64,000 bases of DNA from Dehalococcoidia bacterium. GTDB taxonomy: Bacteria; Chloroflexota; Dehalococcoidia; Lucifugimonadales; UBA3495. The notes beneath the pieces were generated by a model. The model saw nothing but the letters and a program-made list of their open reading frames with translations. It made no database searches and had not been told where the DNA came from. Of this stretch, positions 62,027 through 64,000 are shown in pieces; positions within the stretch are counted from its first letter, which is position 1, and every line of letters starts with the position of its first letter. Location of the stretch: NCBI GenBank assembly GCA_965216065.1, contig CBDCFB010000001.1:77802-141801 (forward strand), written 5' to 3'. A program made the position numbers and the translations under genes.

Positions 62027-62130
62027 CTGCCTACCCTCCAGCGCCTGGCGAGATACGGGTCCAGGCAGGAGTGCTTGCCCCTCCCTCCCGCAACCGCGTA
62101 TGCGATGTCGTTGTGCTCGCGGGGCTCGGC

Positions 62131-62425
62131 CTATCCGCCCGGCCCGCTGACGGTGTGATCCAGGCGGGCTGGACAGCTTCTTGTCGCCGTCGGCGCAGAT
62201 GGCCCCCTGCGCGTCGCAGTCCCTGGTGGCGGGCAGCACGATGGTGACGTCGCCGTTGGAGTCTGGTTCGACGGTGATCCCCCAGCCGACGATACTGGGT
62301 GGGTTCAAACGGCGCGCACCAGTTACCGAGCCTCCCGGCACCGTGAAAGCGTGGTCGCACAGCGTGGTGTATGTGGAGCCCGTGGCTCGCTCAAGGTTAT
62401 GGATGATATGAGCCGGCTCATGCAC
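62131..62425 (-). pseudogene. Isolated, frameshifted copy of the surface-protein C-terminal module
   Basis: 'TYTTLCDHAFTVPGGSVTGARRLNPPSIVGWGITVEPDSNGDVTIVLPATRDCDAQGAICADGDKKLS', followed by a 1-nt insertion. The corrected frame reads SRLDHTVSGPGG*. Part of the conserved 3' flank (AGGAGTGCTTGCCCC) follows at 62066-62080. Confidence 0.65.
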
Positions 62426-62444
62426 TCATGCAAATAAATATCCT

Positions 62445-62970
62445 GGGGGTAGAACTGTTGAACGCTCCGGCCTGAAACAAGCGATGCCTGCAGACGGGGC
62501 CGCCCGGGCCGCCCCGCCAGACCCCCGGCTAGTTCGCCTTTCCAACGCCTGAACGCAATTACTCCTACTGGATGGCACTGGTACTGGATGGCACTGGTAC
62601 TGGAGCCTTGGCATAAAGCAGGCTGGCCAGCCTGCGTCTTGGAAGCCGACTAAGCCGAATCAGGTTACAGAGGCTTACAGGCCGAAACTAGGGCCATATG
62701 CAACTTTCTTCTGCAGAGTTTTGTACGCAACGTTTTGGCAGGAAACTGGAGTCAACTTTGACTACATTCAGCAACTCATACACACCTTTTCTCAGCGTGC
62801 GTTTCCATGGCCATATCAGTGCTTTTGTATAGGGCGTATGTGATGCTCACTGTGAGTGCCAACGCCCATACGTGGTTGGGTACATTGCAATCTCGACAAC
62901 GTCGCGCCGGCGCGGTACGTTTGGGACGCCGGATGCGACGGCCTCACGCCATCAAGTGAGAGAGGTCCAT
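62445..62970. repeat. ~530-bp non-coding repeat, copy 2
   Basis: See 55850-56385. This copy also contains an internal 16-nt tandem duplication (TACTGGATGGCACTGG x2). Confidence 0.7.
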
Positions 62971-63062
62971 CGATGTCAATGTCTGAGGACGGTCCCGGCG
63001 GAGCGCGTCCCATCCCCGCAGCATCGCAACGCGGGTTGCGCCGGGGGGCTGGAGGTCCGGCC

Positions 63063-64000
63063 ATGCCCGGCGCCGAACTGCGCAGGCGGGCCCTCCGGGC
63101 CGTCCGTGCCGACCCGGACGTGATGCTGTACGCCGCGAGGGTCTCGGTCTGGGCGCGCTGGCTTTTGATGCTCGTCGCCGTGGTCGAATTGGCCTATCGG
63201 CCGGAGCTCTGGTTCGCCACCGACAAGGAGTACCTGTTCCTGAGCCTGCCGCTGCCGGCGTTCAACGGGTTCCTCCACTACCGGCTCCGCAGGGACCGGG
63301 CGGTGACGTGGCGCTGGCTCCTCTTCCTCAGCGCCGTGGATATCGCGCTGATCACCGCCGCCGTCATCATCGGCGGCGACTTCCATCTCTTCAGCTACGT
63401 GGCCTACTATCCCGCCCTGGCGCTGTTCGCGGTCGTCTTCCCGTACCTGTGGCTCAGCCTCGCCTGGGCGACGATGGCCGGGGCCATCTATGCCGTCGTC
63501 AGCCTGATGGTGGGCCCCGGTCTCGACTTCGATGCCGGTCAGGAGAAGGCCCTGCTCGCCAGGGTGATGGCCATGTATGGGGTCGTCGCATCCGTCAGCC
63601 TCATCGCCCGGTTCGAACGGGTCAGGCGGCTGGAGTCCGCGGAGCGGGAGAGGGAGCTGCAGCGGGAGCGCATCGAGCTCTCCCAGACCATTCACGACAC
63701 GGTCGCGCAGACCGCTTACATGATCAGCCTGGGCATACACCGGGCCATCAGGCAGGCCGGGGGCTCGAACGAGGAGCTCACCGCCACGCTGGCCGCGACC
63801 GCATCGCTGTCGAAGGCGGCCACCTGGGAGTTGCGGCGTCCCATCGACGAGGGGCATCTCTTCGAGGGGAGGGAGCTGGGCCGGGTCCTCTGGTCGCACA
63901 CCGAGACTTTTTCGCAGGTCTCGTCGATCCCCGCCGAGATGCTGCAGTCCGGGACCGAGCCTCCGCTTGCCGTGGAGACCCGGGCCCGCCTCTTCTCCAT
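63063..64000 (+). CDS. Sensor histidine kinase, HisKA_3 (NarL/DesK-type), partial (runs off the window)
   Basis: Hand-translated open frame from ATG 63063. It has four or more TM segments, a coiled 'RLESAERERELQRERIELSQTIHDTVAQTAYMISL' H-box, and then 'ATWELRRPI'. It is absent from the track because no stop lies in the window. Confidence 0.8.
   Translation, partial: MPGAELRRRALRAVRADPDVMLYAARVSVWARWLLMLVAVVELAYRPELWFATDKEYLFLSLPLPAFNGFLHYRLRRDRAVTWRWLLFLSAVDIALITAAVIIGGDFHLFSYVAYYPALALFAVVFPYLWLSLAWATMAGAIYAVVSLMVGPGLDFDAGQEKALLARVMAMYGVVASVSLIARFERVRRLESAERERELQRERIELSQTIHDTVAQTAYMISLGIHRAIRQAGGSNEELTATLAATASLSKAATWELRRPIDEGHLFEGRELGRVLWSHTETFSQVSSIPAEMLQSGTEPPLAVETRARLFS

Noticed and set aside
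62976-63899. 307-aa minus-strand ORF at the right end
   Set aside because: It is extremely Pro/Gly/Arg/Glu-rich and lies antisense to a convincing histidine-kinase frame.

Overview
This is a GC-rich (roughly 60%) bacterial accessory region, read by eye with no BLAST or HMM available. All family calls rest on motifs I recognise in the ORF-track translations. I recognised no rRNA, tRNA or CRISPR array.

**Layout**
- **1-10.1 kb:** transport and envelope genes (family-3 solute-binding lipoprotein, DppC-like permease fused to an RDD domain, LRR lipoprotein, DUF2207-like protein, BI-1/YccA, tandem PH-domain protein), mixed with integrase and adhesin remnants.
- **10.1-23.6 kb:** one long minus-strand operon. 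It combines the poorly characterised DUF499 ATPase / DUF1156 methyltransferase / SNF2 helicase (here fused to a PLD nuclease) triad with a TIR-domain protein, a membrane protein and several unknown small genes. This is my best candidate for an undescribed composite defence system.
- **23.6-30.5 kb:** decay and mobile-element zone. It holds a nonsense- and deletion-inactivated secreted nuclease, an IS630 element with a C7 frameshift site, and a serine-recombinase gene split by an IS701-family element at a CTAG target, with a res-like palindrome upstream.
- **30.5-49.8 kb:** one giant surface-protein gene of about 6,400 codons, now broken into two ORFs at a repeat junction. Its domains are signal peptide, FN3, 3 PPC, a kexin-like S8 protease with P-domain, 2 FN3, 3 Calx-beta, about 30 cadherin-like repeats, 14 Ig-like 100-aa repeats and 2 C-terminal modules. 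A lipoprotein resembling a free-standing subtilase pro-domain lies just upstream.
- **50.7-64 kb:** a MITE derived from the IS701-family element, an LRR pseudogene, and a 1,167-aa paralogous surface protein that shares its 3' end with the giant gene. It also holds fragments of the same C-terminal cassette, a roughly 530-bp non-coding repeat present twice, an IS1182-like transposase pseudogene and a Na/Pi cotransporter. Truncated aminotransferase and N6-methylase genes and a partial HisKA_3 sensor kinase complete the region.

Many long ORFs in the track are antisense shadow ORFs of these GC-rich genes and were not called.
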